A stretch of 64,000 nucleotides of DNA. Source: Verrucomicrobiota bacterium (lineage in GTDB: Bacteria > Verrucomicrobiota > Verrucomicrobiia > Opitutales > Seribacteraceae). The notes under the pieces are model-generated. The model was given only the letters and a program-made list of their open reading frames with translations, made no database searches and was not told the origin of the DNA. Each line of letters begins with the position of its first letter. The first letter of the stretch is position 1. This document shows positions 44,573-55,024 of this stretch, in pieces. Location of the stretch: the NCBI GenBank assembly GCA_036127675.1, contig JAYYRA010000040.1, positions 15,309-79,308 on the forward strand, read 5' to 3'. The position numbers were made by a program, and so were the translations under genes.

Positions 44573-46762
44573 ATGAAAAAATTAAAACACTTGAATTTCT
44601 CTTTGATTATCACACTCGGCATATTTTTTTCCAGTTGTGACAATACCAAGCTCAAACCGCCGCGCGAAGATGCTAATCAGGACAATAAAGAACTTGCAGA
44701 AGGTGGTGGAATTGATCGTGAATTCGCCCGGGAGTTGGCTAGAGAATTTGGCCGGGAATTTGCCGTTGAATTTGCCCGTCAAATGAAAGATTACGCTAAT
44801 CCGGCCAATTTGGATTTTGTAAGCGATATAAATGCCACACAACCAACCGAAGGACTCATGCTTGGAGGGGAAGTACACCCTTTACTTGCCCACTGTACTG
44901 AGGATGTTTTGGAATTTTATCAAAAGCATCTGGATTGCTTTTCGATTTCCTCACTTGAGGATCTGCCTCAGGATTTGGAATGGAAGGATGGAAGCGAGGA
45001 GGAGGAATTTGCTTCACCGAAAGCAAAGAAAGGTGGAACCTGGGAGGTCTACATGCGTGATTTTCCCCGTACCTTAAGAACAATCGGACCAGATGCGAAT
45101 GGAGCGTTTCGGAGTTATCTTCTGGATTATAATGTAATAAGCTTGGTCCACCCTCACCCGAATTCGGATGGATATTATCCTGGACTTGCTGATTCATGGG
45201 CGGTTGGAAAGGATGGTAGAACGGTCTATTTTCGATTGGACCCAAGTGCACGATATAGTGACGGAGAAAAAGTTAAGGTTTCCGATTTCTTTTTCTTTTT
45301 TTACTTCATGAGGAGTAAGCATATACAGGCACCCTGGTACAATGATTTTTACGGCAAAGACAAATTCCAGAATGTGACGATCTATGATAAACGAACTCTT
45401 TCAATTACCTTTTACAAAGCAAAGCCTGATGTGGTTGAGAGGGTATCCATTCGGGCAAAACCCGAGCATTTCTATGAAGAGCTGGATGGCGAATTCCTAA
45501 GTAAGTACCAATGGAATCCCGAACCTACGACTGGGGCTTTTGTTGCTTTGCCTGAAAATGTTGACAAAGGAAAGTCGGTTACTCTGGTCCGGGAAAAAAA
45601 TTGGTGGGCCGATCAAAAAAGATTTTTTCGATACCGTTACAATCCCGAAAAAATAAGAGTAAGCGTAGTAAGGGATTACAACAAAGCTTTTGAAATTTTT
45701 CTAAAAGGGGGTCTCGATATGTTCGGCTTGTCAAAAACCGAATTTTGGTACGACAAGTTACCTGATCAACATAAACTGGTGCAAAATGGTTATCTTTCAA
45801 AAGTAACATTTTTTAATCAAACACCACCTCCATCTTATGCCTTAAGAATCAACTCACAAAACCCTCCCTTAGATGATTTAAATATTCGGACAGGTTTTCA
45901 CCACGCCATGAATTTCGATCTGGTTCTAGAGAAAATTTTTCGGGGTGATTTTGTTCGCATGAATACGGTGGCTGACGGCTATGGTGGACGTTCTCATCCG
46001 ACACTAAAGGCGAGGGTGTTCTCTGTTGAAAAAGCCTTGGAACATTTTGCTAAAGCTGGTTTTAAGGAAAGGGGAAGAGATGGAATATTGGTAAACTCTC
46101 AGGGTGAAAGACTGTCCGTTGAATTGCTCACCGGTTACAGGCATTTCGAGGATGTCTTGGTTGTTCTTAAAGAGGAGGCTAAAAAAGCAGGACTGGAATT
46201 GAAGCTTAAGGTTTTGGAATCAACTGCCGCATGGAAGGCAGCAAATGAAAAAAACCATCAGGTGATTTTTTCTGCATTCAATTCGTTCGTTGAGCTTTTT
46301 CCAAGATTTTGGGAGCCGTATCACTCCGATAATGCTTATGAGGAGCCAGGAGATTCTAAATTTAGCGAAGACGGTTCACTTAAGCCAAACCTTACCACAA
46401 AGGTAAGTACCAACAATTTTACCCAGACAGCTGTTCAGGAGATTGATCATGTAATTAACAAATACAGGGACGAGGAAGATTTAAAAGAAATTACCAAAAT
46501 GGCCCATCAGCTAAGTCAAATGATTCATGATCACGCGGTTTGGGTACCTGCATGGAAGAAACCATGGCTTAGATTAGGTCATTGGAATTGGATTAAATTT
46601 CCTGAAGATTGGGGGCCAAAGGAATCCCGTGACTATGAAGAATTTCAGGTTTTCTGGATAGATGAGCTCCAGAAGGATAAAATTTTTAAGGCAATGGAAA
46701 AAGGCATTACTGTGGCGGAGAAACCGACTGTGCGAGTTTATAACAAGTATAAGACTAAATAG
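44573..46762 (+). CDS. yejA: Peptide ABC substrate-binding lipoprotein, YejA-like
   Basis: Lipobox FSSC from ATG 44573; ASPKAKKGG, GLADSW, ARYSDG (SBP family 5). Confidence 0.82.
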   Translation: MKKLKHLNFSLIITLGIFFSSCDNTKLKPPREDANQDNKELAEGGGIDREFARELAREFGREFAVEFARQMKDYANPANLDFVSDINATQPTEGLMLGGEVHPLLAHCTEDVLEFYQKHLDCFSISSLEDLPQDLEWKDGSEEEEFASPKAKKGGTWEVYMRDFPRTLRTIGPDANGAFRSYLLDYNVISLVHPHPNSDGYYPGLADSWAVGKDGRTVYFRLDPSARYSDGEKVKVSDFFFFFYFMRSKHIQAPWYNDFYGKDKFQNVTIYDKRTLSITFYKAKPDVVERVSIRAKPEHFYEELDGEFLSKYQWNPEPTTGAFVALPENVDKGKSVTLVREKNWWADQKRFFRYRYNPEKIRVSVVRDYNKAFEIFLKGGLDMFGLSKTEFWYDKLPDQHKLVQNGYLSKVTFFNQTPPPSYALRINSQNPPLDDLNIRTGFHHAMNFDLVLEKIFRGDFVRMNTVADGYGGRSHPTLKARVFSVEKALEHFAKAGFKERGRDGILVNSQGERLSVELLTGYRHFEDVLVVLKEEAKKAGLELKLKVLESTAAWKAANEKNHQVIFSAFNSFVELFPRFWEPYHSDNAYEEPGDSKFSEDGSLKPNLTTKVSTNNFTQTAVQEIDHVINKYRDEEDLKEITKMAHQLSQMIHDHAVWVPAWKKPWLRLGHWNWIKFPEDWGPKESRDYEEFQVFWIDELQKDKIFKAMEKGITVAEKPTVRVYNKYKTK
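44717..44779 (+). repeat. Degenerate 12-bp tandem repeat (about 5 copies) encoding REFA-RELA-REFG-REFA-VEFA-R
   Basis: cgtgaattcgcc cgggagttggct agagaatttggc cgggaatttgcc gttgaatttgcc cgt. Confidence 0.7.
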
Positions 46763-46779
46763 ATCGAAAAAAGGAGTAA

Positions 46780-47778
46780 ATGACCGAAAAAGACCAGATT
46801 ACTCCCTTGCTTGAGGTTCGGGATCTTTCAGTTCGGTTTAAAACCGACGAAGGCGAAGTGGAAGCATTGGATAAAGTCAGTTTTGAAATCAATTCAGGAC
46901 AAACAGTTGGGGTAGTGGGTGAGTCAGGATGTGGAAAAAGTGTTACGGCTTATTCCATTATGAGACTTCTTCCAAGACCAATTGGTATGATTTCGAATGG
47001 TAGTATTCTATTTCAGGGTAAAAATCTTTTCGAACTAAGTACGGAGGAAATGCGGACCATTAGAGGCAATGAGATTGGAATGATCTTTCAGGAGCCTATG
47101 AATGCACTCAATCCAGTCCAAAAAATTGGTGTTCAGATCAAAGAGGTATTTAATTTGCATCAGCAGATTAAGGACCACCAAGCATGGTCGGAATCTGTAA
47201 AGATGCTTGAAGCTGTCGGGATTCCCTCGCCTGAGACTCGGATGCATGAATACCCTCACCAGTTATCCGGTGGAATGAGGCAACGGGTGGTCATCGCGAT
47301 GGCATTGGCTTGTAAGCCAAAAATAATCATAGCTGATGAACCTACTACAGCATTGGATGTTACGGTGCAGGCTCAGATTTTAGACCTGCTAGATAATTTG
47401 CAGAAGGAAACCGGTTGCTCCATTTTGCTGATCACCCATGATCTTGGGGTGATTGCGGAAAATTGCGATGAAGTTTGTGTAATGTATGCGGGCAGGGTAG
47501 TGGAAAGGGGGGAAACCAAGAAGATATTTTCATCACCCCAGCATGCTTATACACAAGATTTGCTAGATTCGATACCTAAGCTTGTTGGAAATCCTAAATC
47601 CAAACTTAAAACAATAGATGGCATCGTTCCTGGACTTTTGGACTTAAATAAAGGTTGCCGTTATGGACCAAGAAGCGGAAGACCTCATACGCAGGAACAG
47701 TTGTCCACTCGACCTGAGTTTTTGGAAATTTCAAACGGTCATTGGGTTGAATCCTGCCCTGCCTGCACAAACTCATGA
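46780..47778 (+). CDS. oppD: Peptide ABC ATP-binding protein (OppD/DppD)
   Basis: [29 protein letters not shown]. Confidence 0.92.
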   Translation: MTEKDQITPLLEVRDLSVRFKTDEGEVEALDKVSFEINSGQTVGVVGESGCGKSVTAYSIMRLLPRPIGMISNGSILFQGKNLFELSTEEMRTIRGNEIGMIFQEPMNALNPVQKIGVQIKEVFNLHQQIKDHQAWSESVKMLEAVGIPSPETRMHEYPHQLSGGMRQRVVIAMALACKPKIIIADEPTTALDVTVQAQILDLLDNLQKETGCSILLITHDLGVIAENCDEVCVMYAGRVVERGETKKIFSSPQHAYTQDLLDSIPKLVGNPKSKLKTIDGIVPGLLDLNKGCRYGPRSGRPHTQEQLSTRPEFLEISNGHWVESCPACTNS

Positions 47779-48752
47779 GTAAAGAAAACAGTTTTTTACG
47801 CTTAGAGAATGTAAAAGTTCATTTTCCTGTCCGCAGTGGGGTTTTTAGAAAAGCAATGGGGGCTTGTAAAGCTGTCGATGGAGTTAGTTTTTCTCTCAAA
47901 AAAGGGGAGACTTTAGGTTTGGTAGGAGAATCCGGGTGTGGCAAGTCTACCTTGGCAAAATCAATTGTCCGTTTGGTTAAGCCGACCGGCGGACAAATTA
48001 TTTTCAGGGATTACCAATCGGCTGATAGCCAGAGAAAAAAAGAGTTTTGTAAATCCATCCAAATGGTTTTTCAGGATCCGGCCGAGTCTCTCAATACTAG
48101 GATGACAGTTGGTTCGATTCTTCGGGAACCATTGGATGTTCATCATATTGGAACAAAGGATGAAAGATCTGCTCGCGTAAAAGACCTTCTTGAAAAAGTA
48201 GGTCTCCCTGAGACTGCTTCTAAAAGATACCCATTTGAATTTTCTGGAGGCCAGCGCCAGCGAATCGGAATTGCCCGTGCACTTGCACTAGAGCCCGACC
48301 TCCTTGTTCTTGATGAACCAGTATCTGCACTGGATGTATCCGTACAAAGTCAGGTACTTAACTTGTTACTGGAATTACAGAATAGTCTTGGCCTTTCTTA
48401 CTTATTGATTGCTCATGACCTTGCAGTTGTTCGACATATATCCGATGTAATTGCCGTCATGTATCTTGGAAAGATTGTTGAAATGGGGCCGGCTCAGGCA
48501 ATCTTCTCCAATCCGGTCCATAGCTACACCAAAGCCTTGATTTCTGCTATTCCAGTGCCGGACCCGTCAATGAAGACCAAAGGTCAATTGATAACCGGCG
48601 AAGTGCCTTCTCCAATTGATCCACCAGATGGATGTGCTTTTGGTCACCGAGTGAATGCTCCAAAGTATCCTCTCAGTATTGGAAGGAAATTGATAGAAAA
48701 ACAAGTTGGTGAAGGGCATTGGGTTTTGAATTGTCCTTGTTGTGTAAGCTGA
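47775..48752 (+). CDS. oppF: Peptide ABC ATP-binding protein (OppF/DppF)
   Basis: [31 protein letters not shown]. Confidence 0.92.
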   Translation: MSKENSFLRLENVKVHFPVRSGVFRKAMGACKAVDGVSFSLKKGETLGLVGESGCGKSTLAKSIVRLVKPTGGQIIFRDYQSADSQRKKEFCKSIQMVFQDPAESLNTRMTVGSILREPLDVHHIGTKDERSARVKDLLEKVGLPETASKRYPFEFSGGQRQRIGIARALALEPDLLVLDEPVSALDVSVQSQVLNLLLELQNSLGLSYLLIAHDLAVVRHISDVIAVMYLGKIVEMGPAQAIFSNPVHSYTKALISAIPVPDPSMKTKGQLITGEVPSPIDPPDGCAFGHRVNAPKYPLSIGRKLIEKQVGEGHWVLNCPCCVS

Positions 48753-48811
48753 TCCAGCCAGAAAAGGCTTGCGAGAACTCCAGTCAGTTCTTTTAAGTAC
48801 ATTTTACCCTT

Positions 48812-50581
48812 TTGGATTTCATGCGATCTTATATTAGTCGATTTACCTTATTCCTAATTGTTGCCCAATTCTTTGGATCAATTTTAATGGGGCAAGATCC
48901 TTCTAGTATGCCTCAAAGACAGCTTCAGGCCGAGTTAACCAAATTGTTGGACGAGGGCAACTATGCTGGTGCAATTCCTTATTTCGATGAACTGAAGATT
49001 CGCGGTCAAGACGACCCTGATATTGATTACGAGAAAATAATCTATGGATCTCCGATGGTCTTTCCCTCGGGCTACATGCAGATGTACGCCAAAACGATGG
49101 ATAAAACCTATGTTGGTAATGCCGCTGAATTTTGTGGTTCCTTTGTGGCAAAGTATCCCGACCATCCTGACGCAATCAAACTCTTACAAATGCAGGACAC
49201 TTTTTTACGAATGGATCAACAATGGGAAACTGCAGTTAAAGTAATCGAAAAATTACTAGACCCAGGACAGCCATTTCTTAAGAAAATTGTTGAAGAGGGC
49301 AAAAGAAGTGATCTGCTAAATCTCTATTTGGGGAGAGCACAATGCTATCATACCCTGCAGAATTGGGTAAAAGGCGAGGGAGCGTTTAAGGAGCTTCTGG
49401 TCAAGGCGGATGATGCGAAAGATGAAGACAAAGCAGCATATGCTATATCTTGCCTTACGGAAATGTATGTTGAAACCAATAGAGTGGATGAAGTCTTTCC
49501 TTTATTACCAAGACTATCTGCGGATACCCCAGCACGTTATGATTTAAGATTGAACATTAACTTGATGAAAGGTGGAGACCAATTAAAGGATCAGGAACGA
49601 TTCGTTGAAGCTTCCCTGCTCTATGCTCTCACTATGACTGCTGAAGAGGTTAAGAATTATTACACCCTTCGATCAAATGCATTAACTGCAGAGAAAGAAC
49701 GACTGGCTCTTTATCTAAACAATCCGAATCTCCCAGAAAGGCGTCTGCAAATCTTGCGCGATAAGGACAATGCCTTGACCATGAAACTTAGTACGGCTAA
49801 GAGCCATTTGGCTATTGCTGAGAAAACGGCTTCTTTTACTACAAATCTTAGTTGGAGCAAGGCCCGAAACTTCCAAGACACAAAAAGATTCTGGGAATCA
49901 TTCTGGGGATTTTACTGGCTTTACAAAGATGACCCCGAAAATGATCTTGCAGAAGACTTTATTTATGCAGCATTCGCTTCCGCTAACACGGTTAAATTTG
50001 CTGAAAAATCTATTGAACTCGGAGAAGAGTATTTAGCTAAAGATGGTTGGGCCAAATACAGGGCAGATGTAACGAATATTATGGCTAATGCTTACAGACA
50101 GGAAGCTGAATCTCAAGCAGCAATAGCCGAAAGCTTGCAGACCGCAATATCCACGTTGGATAAAGAGAAGGCATCAAAAGCGAAACAAAACTCGGAGGAA
50201 CAATACCAAAGGTTCTTTGAGCTATGTGATCGATTCTTGGAGAAGGCCCCAGGAGACAAATACGCAACTAGTTTTATTAACATGATGGGATCTGTATACT
50301 TCAAGCAGAAACGCTTCGATCAGTTACTTGAAAAATTTGCCGGTTATGTTGCTGGAGTTCCGAACGATAAGCAGGGTTACATCAATAACAAGGAGTTTTC
50401 TGAAGGGCCAGCTATGCCATCTGCCCTTTATTTAAGTGGTATAAGTTTATTATCGACGGGTAAATTTGAGGAGTCCAAGCCCTTACTTGCTCCAATTATT
50501 GGTGTATATGTCCAAGGTTTGCCTCTAGCTGACGGTACTCTTTCCAATATGGATCAAGACAATGAATCAACGGATGAATAG
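48812..50581 (+). CDS. Exported TPR-like alpha-helical repeat protein
   Basis: Signal peptide; repeated helix-pair patterns (GNYAGAIPYF, LYLGRAQCY, ALYLSGISL); ATG 48821 is an alternative start. Confidence 0.7.
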   Translation: MDFMRSYISRFTLFLIVAQFFGSILMGQDPSSMPQRQLQAELTKLLDEGNYAGAIPYFDELKIRGQDDPDIDYEKIIYGSPMVFPSGYMQMYAKTMDKTYVGNAAEFCGSFVAKYPDHPDAIKLLQMQDTFLRMDQQWETAVKVIEKLLDPGQPFLKKIVEEGKRSDLLNLYLGRAQCYHTLQNWVKGEGAFKELLVKADDAKDEDKAAYAISCLTEMYVETNRVDEVFPLLPRLSADTPARYDLRLNINLMKGGDQLKDQERFVEASLLYALTMTAEEVKNYYTLRSNALTAEKERLALYLNNPNLPERRLQILRDKDNALTMKLSTAKSHLAIAEKTASFTTNLSWSKARNFQDTKRFWESFWGFYWLYKDDPENDLAEDFIYAAFASANTVKFAEKSIELGEEYLAKDGWAKYRADVTNIMANAYRQEAESQAAIAESLQTAISTLDKEKASKAKQNSEEQYQRFFELCDRFLEKAPGDKYATSFINMMGSVYFKQKRFDQLLEKFAGYVAGVPNDKQGYINNKEFSEGPAMPSALYLSGISLLSTGKFEESKPLLAPIIGVYVQGLPLADGTLSNMDQDNESTDE

Positions 50582-52751
50582 TTTTAAGTTCCTCAGTTTA
50601 CTTTTTGGTTTGATCTTACTTCTTTCATCCTGCGGGGGGGATGAAGAAACTCCAGTAAGCGAATCCCCTAAAGATCAAAAAGCAGAGGAGTCCCAACCTA
50701 TCCCCGATCTCCCTAAGCCCAAGGAAACAACTAAAGCTAACGTCGAGGAAGAACCGGAAGAGAAAGCGAAGGTGCCTGACCCCAATGGAGTTTATTTACC
50801 AACAGGTGAAGAGAAAAACGGAATGCCAGTATATGCAAATGCGGATGGATTTACCATGTGGTACAATGGTTCCACTTGGAGAATTACCGATCGAACGGGT
50901 GGGGGAAATCTTGTCGCTTCTGGAAAAGAGAGCATCAATGACGAGTGGTCCAAGGGAGGCAGGGTAAGACACTATCCGAGCGATCAATTCGCCAAGGATT
51001 CTTTGTTTCGTCTGGCAGTCGCATATCAGGGATCGGAGGATATTGTAAATGCCGAAAGATTATTCAAGCAATTTATCCGTGAGTTTCCCGAAGATAAAAA
51101 TGTTGCCGCTTCCTATTTGAGCTTGGCGGATTTGGTAATGAGTCGATTGGACCCAGAAGAACTTCCAACCTTTGAACAAATTTCTGAAGCTCGGAAAAAT
51201 TATGCGTTAGTTCGGGAATCTACCAAGGATATCGGACTACTTTCCGATTCCACTTTTAATGAAGGTGGCGTGTTGGAATCTGCTGCTGAGAATCCAGATG
51301 GTTTGATAAACCACTGCTTCGAATTTGATAAAAATAAGGATGATGTTCTGAGTCAGGGAGAATTTTCTTCAATTGGATTAGAAGGGGCCAAATCATTTTC
51401 AGAGTATGATTTGAATGGAGATAAATCGATGGATTTCAGTGAGATTGCAGATATGGCTGTAATGTATTCATACTCCGAATTGGAATCCCTTTATCGGGAA
51501 TATAATGAGAAATATGCCTCTACGGAGGGAGCCAGAATTTCCGAAGCGACCCAGAAGATTGGCTTTGCTTGCGAGAAACAGGGTAGGCCCTCCGAAATGC
51601 TGAACATGTATTTTGAAGACATTCGTAAATATGGTAACGATCCAATGAAAGTCGGTGTAGATGGGATCTTGATCAAGTACTCCCAAAAGTACCTCGAATA
51701 CGAGACTTTGTACGGTAAAACATTTCAATTGCTGGAAAAGATTCAAAATCCTGGCGAAACCGTCTCATTCACCTACCGCAATCGAAAAGGAATTGAGGAA
51801 ATAATTTCTGGAACGGTCGAAGATATTCTTAAGGATCGCAATAAGTTGCTTCCATATCTCTCTACCGAATATAAAGGTATGGATCAGTCCATTTATCGAG
51901 AAGTAGCAAAACTTCGTGGTGCGATTTATGTAAATCCCAAATACACTGCAAAATTTAAGGGCTACTTTAACAAATTCCAAAAGCTCAAATCTTCCTTCCC
52001 TGTTGAACTATCACCTACTAAGGCTTTTGCCGACTTACTTACTCAAGCAATAGATGGGAGTCAAAAAACCTTGGAATTGAGAATGCGGGCTGCCCTTGCA
52101 TCAGTTGGTTCTAATGCGGGAGGCAATTACAATCCGGAAACCAGAGATTTTCCGGCTGCAAGTCCAGGTTCTCTTGTTTGGATGGCCAAAATTATGTTAG
52201 CTCAAAACTCCACCGATGATGCCATTACAGCAATGAATCGTTTGCTAGAGGTTTATGGGGATACAGGTGGAGATTTTCTGTTCGATGCAAATTTTATTTT
52301 GGGACAGGCCAACGAGAAAAATAATGATTATCAAAGTGCCGCAGTTAGCTATGAAAATGCTCTAACAAATTCATCTTGGCATAAATTAGCGAATCAAGCC
52401 AGGATGCGCTTGGGTGCCTCACTTTACGAAGTTGCCCAATCGACGAAGGAATCCAGTTTCTTGGATAAGGCGATTGAATCATTCAAGGAAGTTCGTGGGG
52501 ATTCTGATGCAAGTTTAGACCTGCGTGCCGAATGTGCTTTCATGATGGGGGAGTGTAAGCGGGCCCAGAAAGACTACTCGGCTGCAGCTTTCTTGTATCT
52601 TGAATCGACGCTGAATTTTCCGGGCTCCTTGAAGTGGGCCCCAAAGTGTTACGAGAAAGCTATCACTTGTTATGAACAAGCAGGTGCGTCGGACAAAGTC
52701 AGCGCGATTGAAAAGCAATATAACAACTGGCAAAGAAAGTTCTTGAAATGA
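50574..52751 (+). CDS. TPR lipoprotein with an EF-hand pair and a small beta domain
   Basis: Lipobox LSSC, acidic/Pro linker, TPRs (SLFRLAVAY, ANFILGQA, CAFMMGEC), EF loops DKNKDDVLSQGE / DLNGDKSMDFSE. Confidence 0.75.
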   Translation: MNSFKFLSLLFGLILLLSSCGGDEETPVSESPKDQKAEESQPIPDLPKPKETTKANVEEEPEEKAKVPDPNGVYLPTGEEKNGMPVYANADGFTMWYNGSTWRITDRTGGGNLVASGKESINDEWSKGGRVRHYPSDQFAKDSLFRLAVAYQGSEDIVNAERLFKQFIREFPEDKNVAASYLSLADLVMSRLDPEELPTFEQISEARKNYALVRESTKDIGLLSDSTFNEGGVLESAAENPDGLINHCFEFDKNKDDVLSQGEFSSIGLEGAKSFSEYDLNGDKSMDFSEIADMAVMYSYSELESLYREYNEKYASTEGARISEATQKIGFACEKQGRPSEMLNMYFEDIRKYGNDPMKVGVDGILIKYSQKYLEYETLYGKTFQLLEKIQNPGETVSFTYRNRKGIEEIISGTVEDILKDRNKLLPYLSTEYKGMDQSIYREVAKLRGAIYVNPKYTAKFKGYFNKFQKLKSSFPVELSPTKAFADLLTQAIDGSQKTLELRMRAALASVGSNAGGNYNPETRDFPAASPGSLVWMAKIMLAQNSTDDAITAMNRLLEVYGDTGGDFLFDANFILGQANEKNNDYQSAAVSYENALTNSSWHKLANQARMRLGASLYEVAQSTKESSFLDKAIESFKEVRGDSDASLDLRAECAFMMGECKRAQKDYSAAAFLYLESTLNFPGSLKWAPKCYEKAITCYEQAGASDKVSAIEKQYNNWQRKFLK

Positions 52752-54070
52752 AGATTCTTAACCTAATTTTAGCACCATTGTTCTTATTGTCCTGTTTCCT
52801 TTCTTTTGTCCATGGGCAGCAAGAAGACTTTTTTAAAAAGTATGCTGGTCCAATTCCGGGAAAAGTTCATTATGTTAGTGGGGTCAACCCCAAGGAAATC
52901 ACCTTGAGGGGAGTGGATCCTTCCAAGGGAATTATCTACATGGCCCTCAAAATGGAAGGAAAGTTTCTTGGTATGGAGCTAGAGTTAAGGGGACTCGATA
53001 AACAGAATATTAGAGGCTTTGAGTACACGGGGGTTATGCAAACGGTCCAGAATCCATTGCTGAACGAAAAGCAACTTGCCGCAGCAAGAGTCCAGAAAAG
53101 GGATAAAGTAAGCATAGGAAAGCTGATGGCTTATCTATACAACGAAAATTATGATAAGCCAGTTATCGATGCAGTTCGTCCGACTATTTACAAGCTAATG
53201 CTTTTCCTTACCATTCCACCTGATAATTTCGTTCGTGTGCCCATACACAGCATGTGCCTTACTTATGTCAGGGCACTAATTGAATCCGAACAGTACTCCG
53301 AGGCTTTCTACATTTTATCCCGTCTAAATTTGGGTCAACTGGATGGTTTTGGCTATCGCGAATTTTCGGATGCGGCCTTGGATCTAGCGGGTAAAATGAT
53401 TCGTGCTAACCCAAAATCGGCTAAAGTATCGTTGGCCCTTCTTAAAAGAGTAAGTATCAGAGACGATAGCGGAGATCACGAGTCATACCTCAGACTAGCA
53501 AATTCTCTCCGGAAACAAAGACTCTACAAGGAAGCTCTGGACGAGTATGCAAGATTAGGCCCAATTGTTCAAAAGTCTGCCAATAGTCCGTTTAAGACAA
53601 TTTTGAAAATTTGGCCGGTTTACTGTTACATCAAGAATTACGAACTTTATGCCGCCTATGCTGCTAGGGACAAGAGATATGCCCCGTACGCATCTCAATA
53701 CTTCAATGCCGCAGCGAAAGGGTTGGAATCTCTAGATGAAAATCCACCGCCAAGGCAATCGAATGAATACTCGCTTTACAAACTAGTCAGAGCATTGATC
53801 CGGGTTCAGTACGCGAGGCGGGATGAGCTCAGTGGTAATACTGCAGGTGCAGCAGAAAATTATCGCAAGTCGGTAGAAGAAGTTACGGAAGGAATCATTT
53901 CCGCTAGAGTTGGGTTGGATTGGCTGCCTGAATCTCTGTTGATGGCGGGGGACGCTTACGAAAAACTTGATCAGGTCGAGGCCGCCAAAAATGTTTATGA
54001 ACAGGTAAACCGCTTTTTTCCAGGTTCGAATTGGGAAAAGACCAGCCGCAAGAGGATGGACGCTTTGTAA
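52748..54070 (+). CDS. Exported TPR protein (CpoB/YfiO-like C-terminal TPR)
   Basis: Signal peptide; WLPESLLMAGDAYEKL...AAKNVYEQV..FFPGSNW. Confidence 0.75.
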   Translation: MKILNLILAPLFLLSCFLSFVHGQQEDFFKKYAGPIPGKVHYVSGVNPKEITLRGVDPSKGIIYMALKMEGKFLGMELELRGLDKQNIRGFEYTGVMQTVQNPLLNEKQLAAARVQKRDKVSIGKLMAYLYNENYDKPVIDAVRPTIYKLMLFLTIPPDNFVRVPIHSMCLTYVRALIESEQYSEAFYILSRLNLGQLDGFGYREFSDAALDLAGKMIRANPKSAKVSLALLKRVSIRDDSGDHESYLRLANSLRKQRLYKEALDEYARLGPIVQKSANSPFKTILKIWPVYCYIKNYELYAAYAARDKRYAPYASQYFNAAAKGLESLDENPPPRQSNEYSLYKLVRALIRVQYARRDELSGNTAGAAENYRKSVEEVTEGIISARVGLDWLPESLLMAGDAYEKLDQVEAAKNVYEQVNRFFPGSNWEKTSRKRMDAL

Positions 54071-54126
54071 TCCTGCATTGACCCAATCTCAAAATCGTTT
54101 CTAAATAACCGCTTAAAAATTAAATT

Positions 54127-54984
54127 ATGAAATTTGGAATAACTCGTTTACTATTTGTCCTAGCGTTATCATTTACCGTTTTGTACCCGGAAATGCTGGT
54201 TTCCGAAGCACAAGCTCAAACCAAAAGTTTCGGTGAACAAATGATCGATTCTTTGGGGATTTTCTTGTACCCGTTCATCATTCTGGTTGTTGGTGGTTTC
54301 ACCTTGATTATTTTTAACGGTATTGCCATCCGTAAGAAGGCATTTATCAAGGACGATGTGGTTGCACCAATCATGCAGGAAGTGCAGAATCTAAATATCC
54401 AGGGGGCTCTATCCTTGTGTGATCAATACAAACTTCCTGTTACTTCTGTGCTGAAAGGCGGGTTGAGTCGAATACAGGATGATGAACTAGACATAGAACA
54501 AATTGAGAAGGGACTGGAAGAGTCTTCAGGTATTGCACTTTCAAAACCATTCACTTGGATTAATATGCTTAATACGATTGGTTCCATTGCACCAATGATT
54601 GGACTGTTGGGAACGGTAACTGGTATGATCGGTGCCTTCAATGTCTTGACTGAGTCTGGAATGGGAGGAGAATCAAGCAAGGCAATGGCAGGCAATATCG
54701 GTAGTGCTCTATGGACAACAGCCGCCGGACTGGTGGTAGCGATTCCCACCCTGATAGCTTACTTCATTTACAAAACCAAGTTCGGAAACATTGTTGCCGA
54801 AGTTAATCAAGTAGCTGGTGAGATGGTATTTACTTTAGTGCGAGCTGCACGCGGAGGATTTGATGAGGATGGTGAAGAGGAAGAAGAATATTACGAAGAG
54901 GAGCAAGTTGCTGAAGCTCCCGCTGAAGGAATTCCACCTTCCCCGGACTTGCCTCCATCTCCAAATCTACCTCCATCACCATAA
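54127..54984 (+). CDS. exbB: MotA/TolQ/ExbB proton channel protein
   Basis: IAPMIGLLGTVTGMIGAF, IGSALWTTAAGLVVAIP; acidic and Pro-rich tail. Confidence 0.93.
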   Translation: MKFGITRLLFVLALSFTVLYPEMLVSEAQAQTKSFGEQMIDSLGIFLYPFIILVVGGFTLIIFNGIAIRKKAFIKDDVVAPIMQEVQNLNIQGALSLCDQYKLPVTSVLKGGLSRIQDDELDIEQIEKGLEESSGIALSKPFTWINMLNTIGSIAPMIGLLGTVTGMIGAFNVLTESGMGGESSKAMAGNIGSALWTTAAGLVVAIPTLIAYFIYKTKFGNIVAEVNQVAGEMVFTLVRAARGGFDEDGEEEEEYYEEEQVAEAPAEGIPPSPDLPPSPNLPPSP

Positions 54985-55024
54985 TTTCATTACCCAAGTT
55001 TCCATAAGCGGATTGAAAAGTTAA

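Noticed and set aside
50562-50581. Possible frameshift joining the two TPR genes (and likewise the two protease genes at 4467-4474)
   Set aside because: Each downstream gene has its own signal peptide or lipobox, so these are separate genes rather than a pseudogene or sequencing error.
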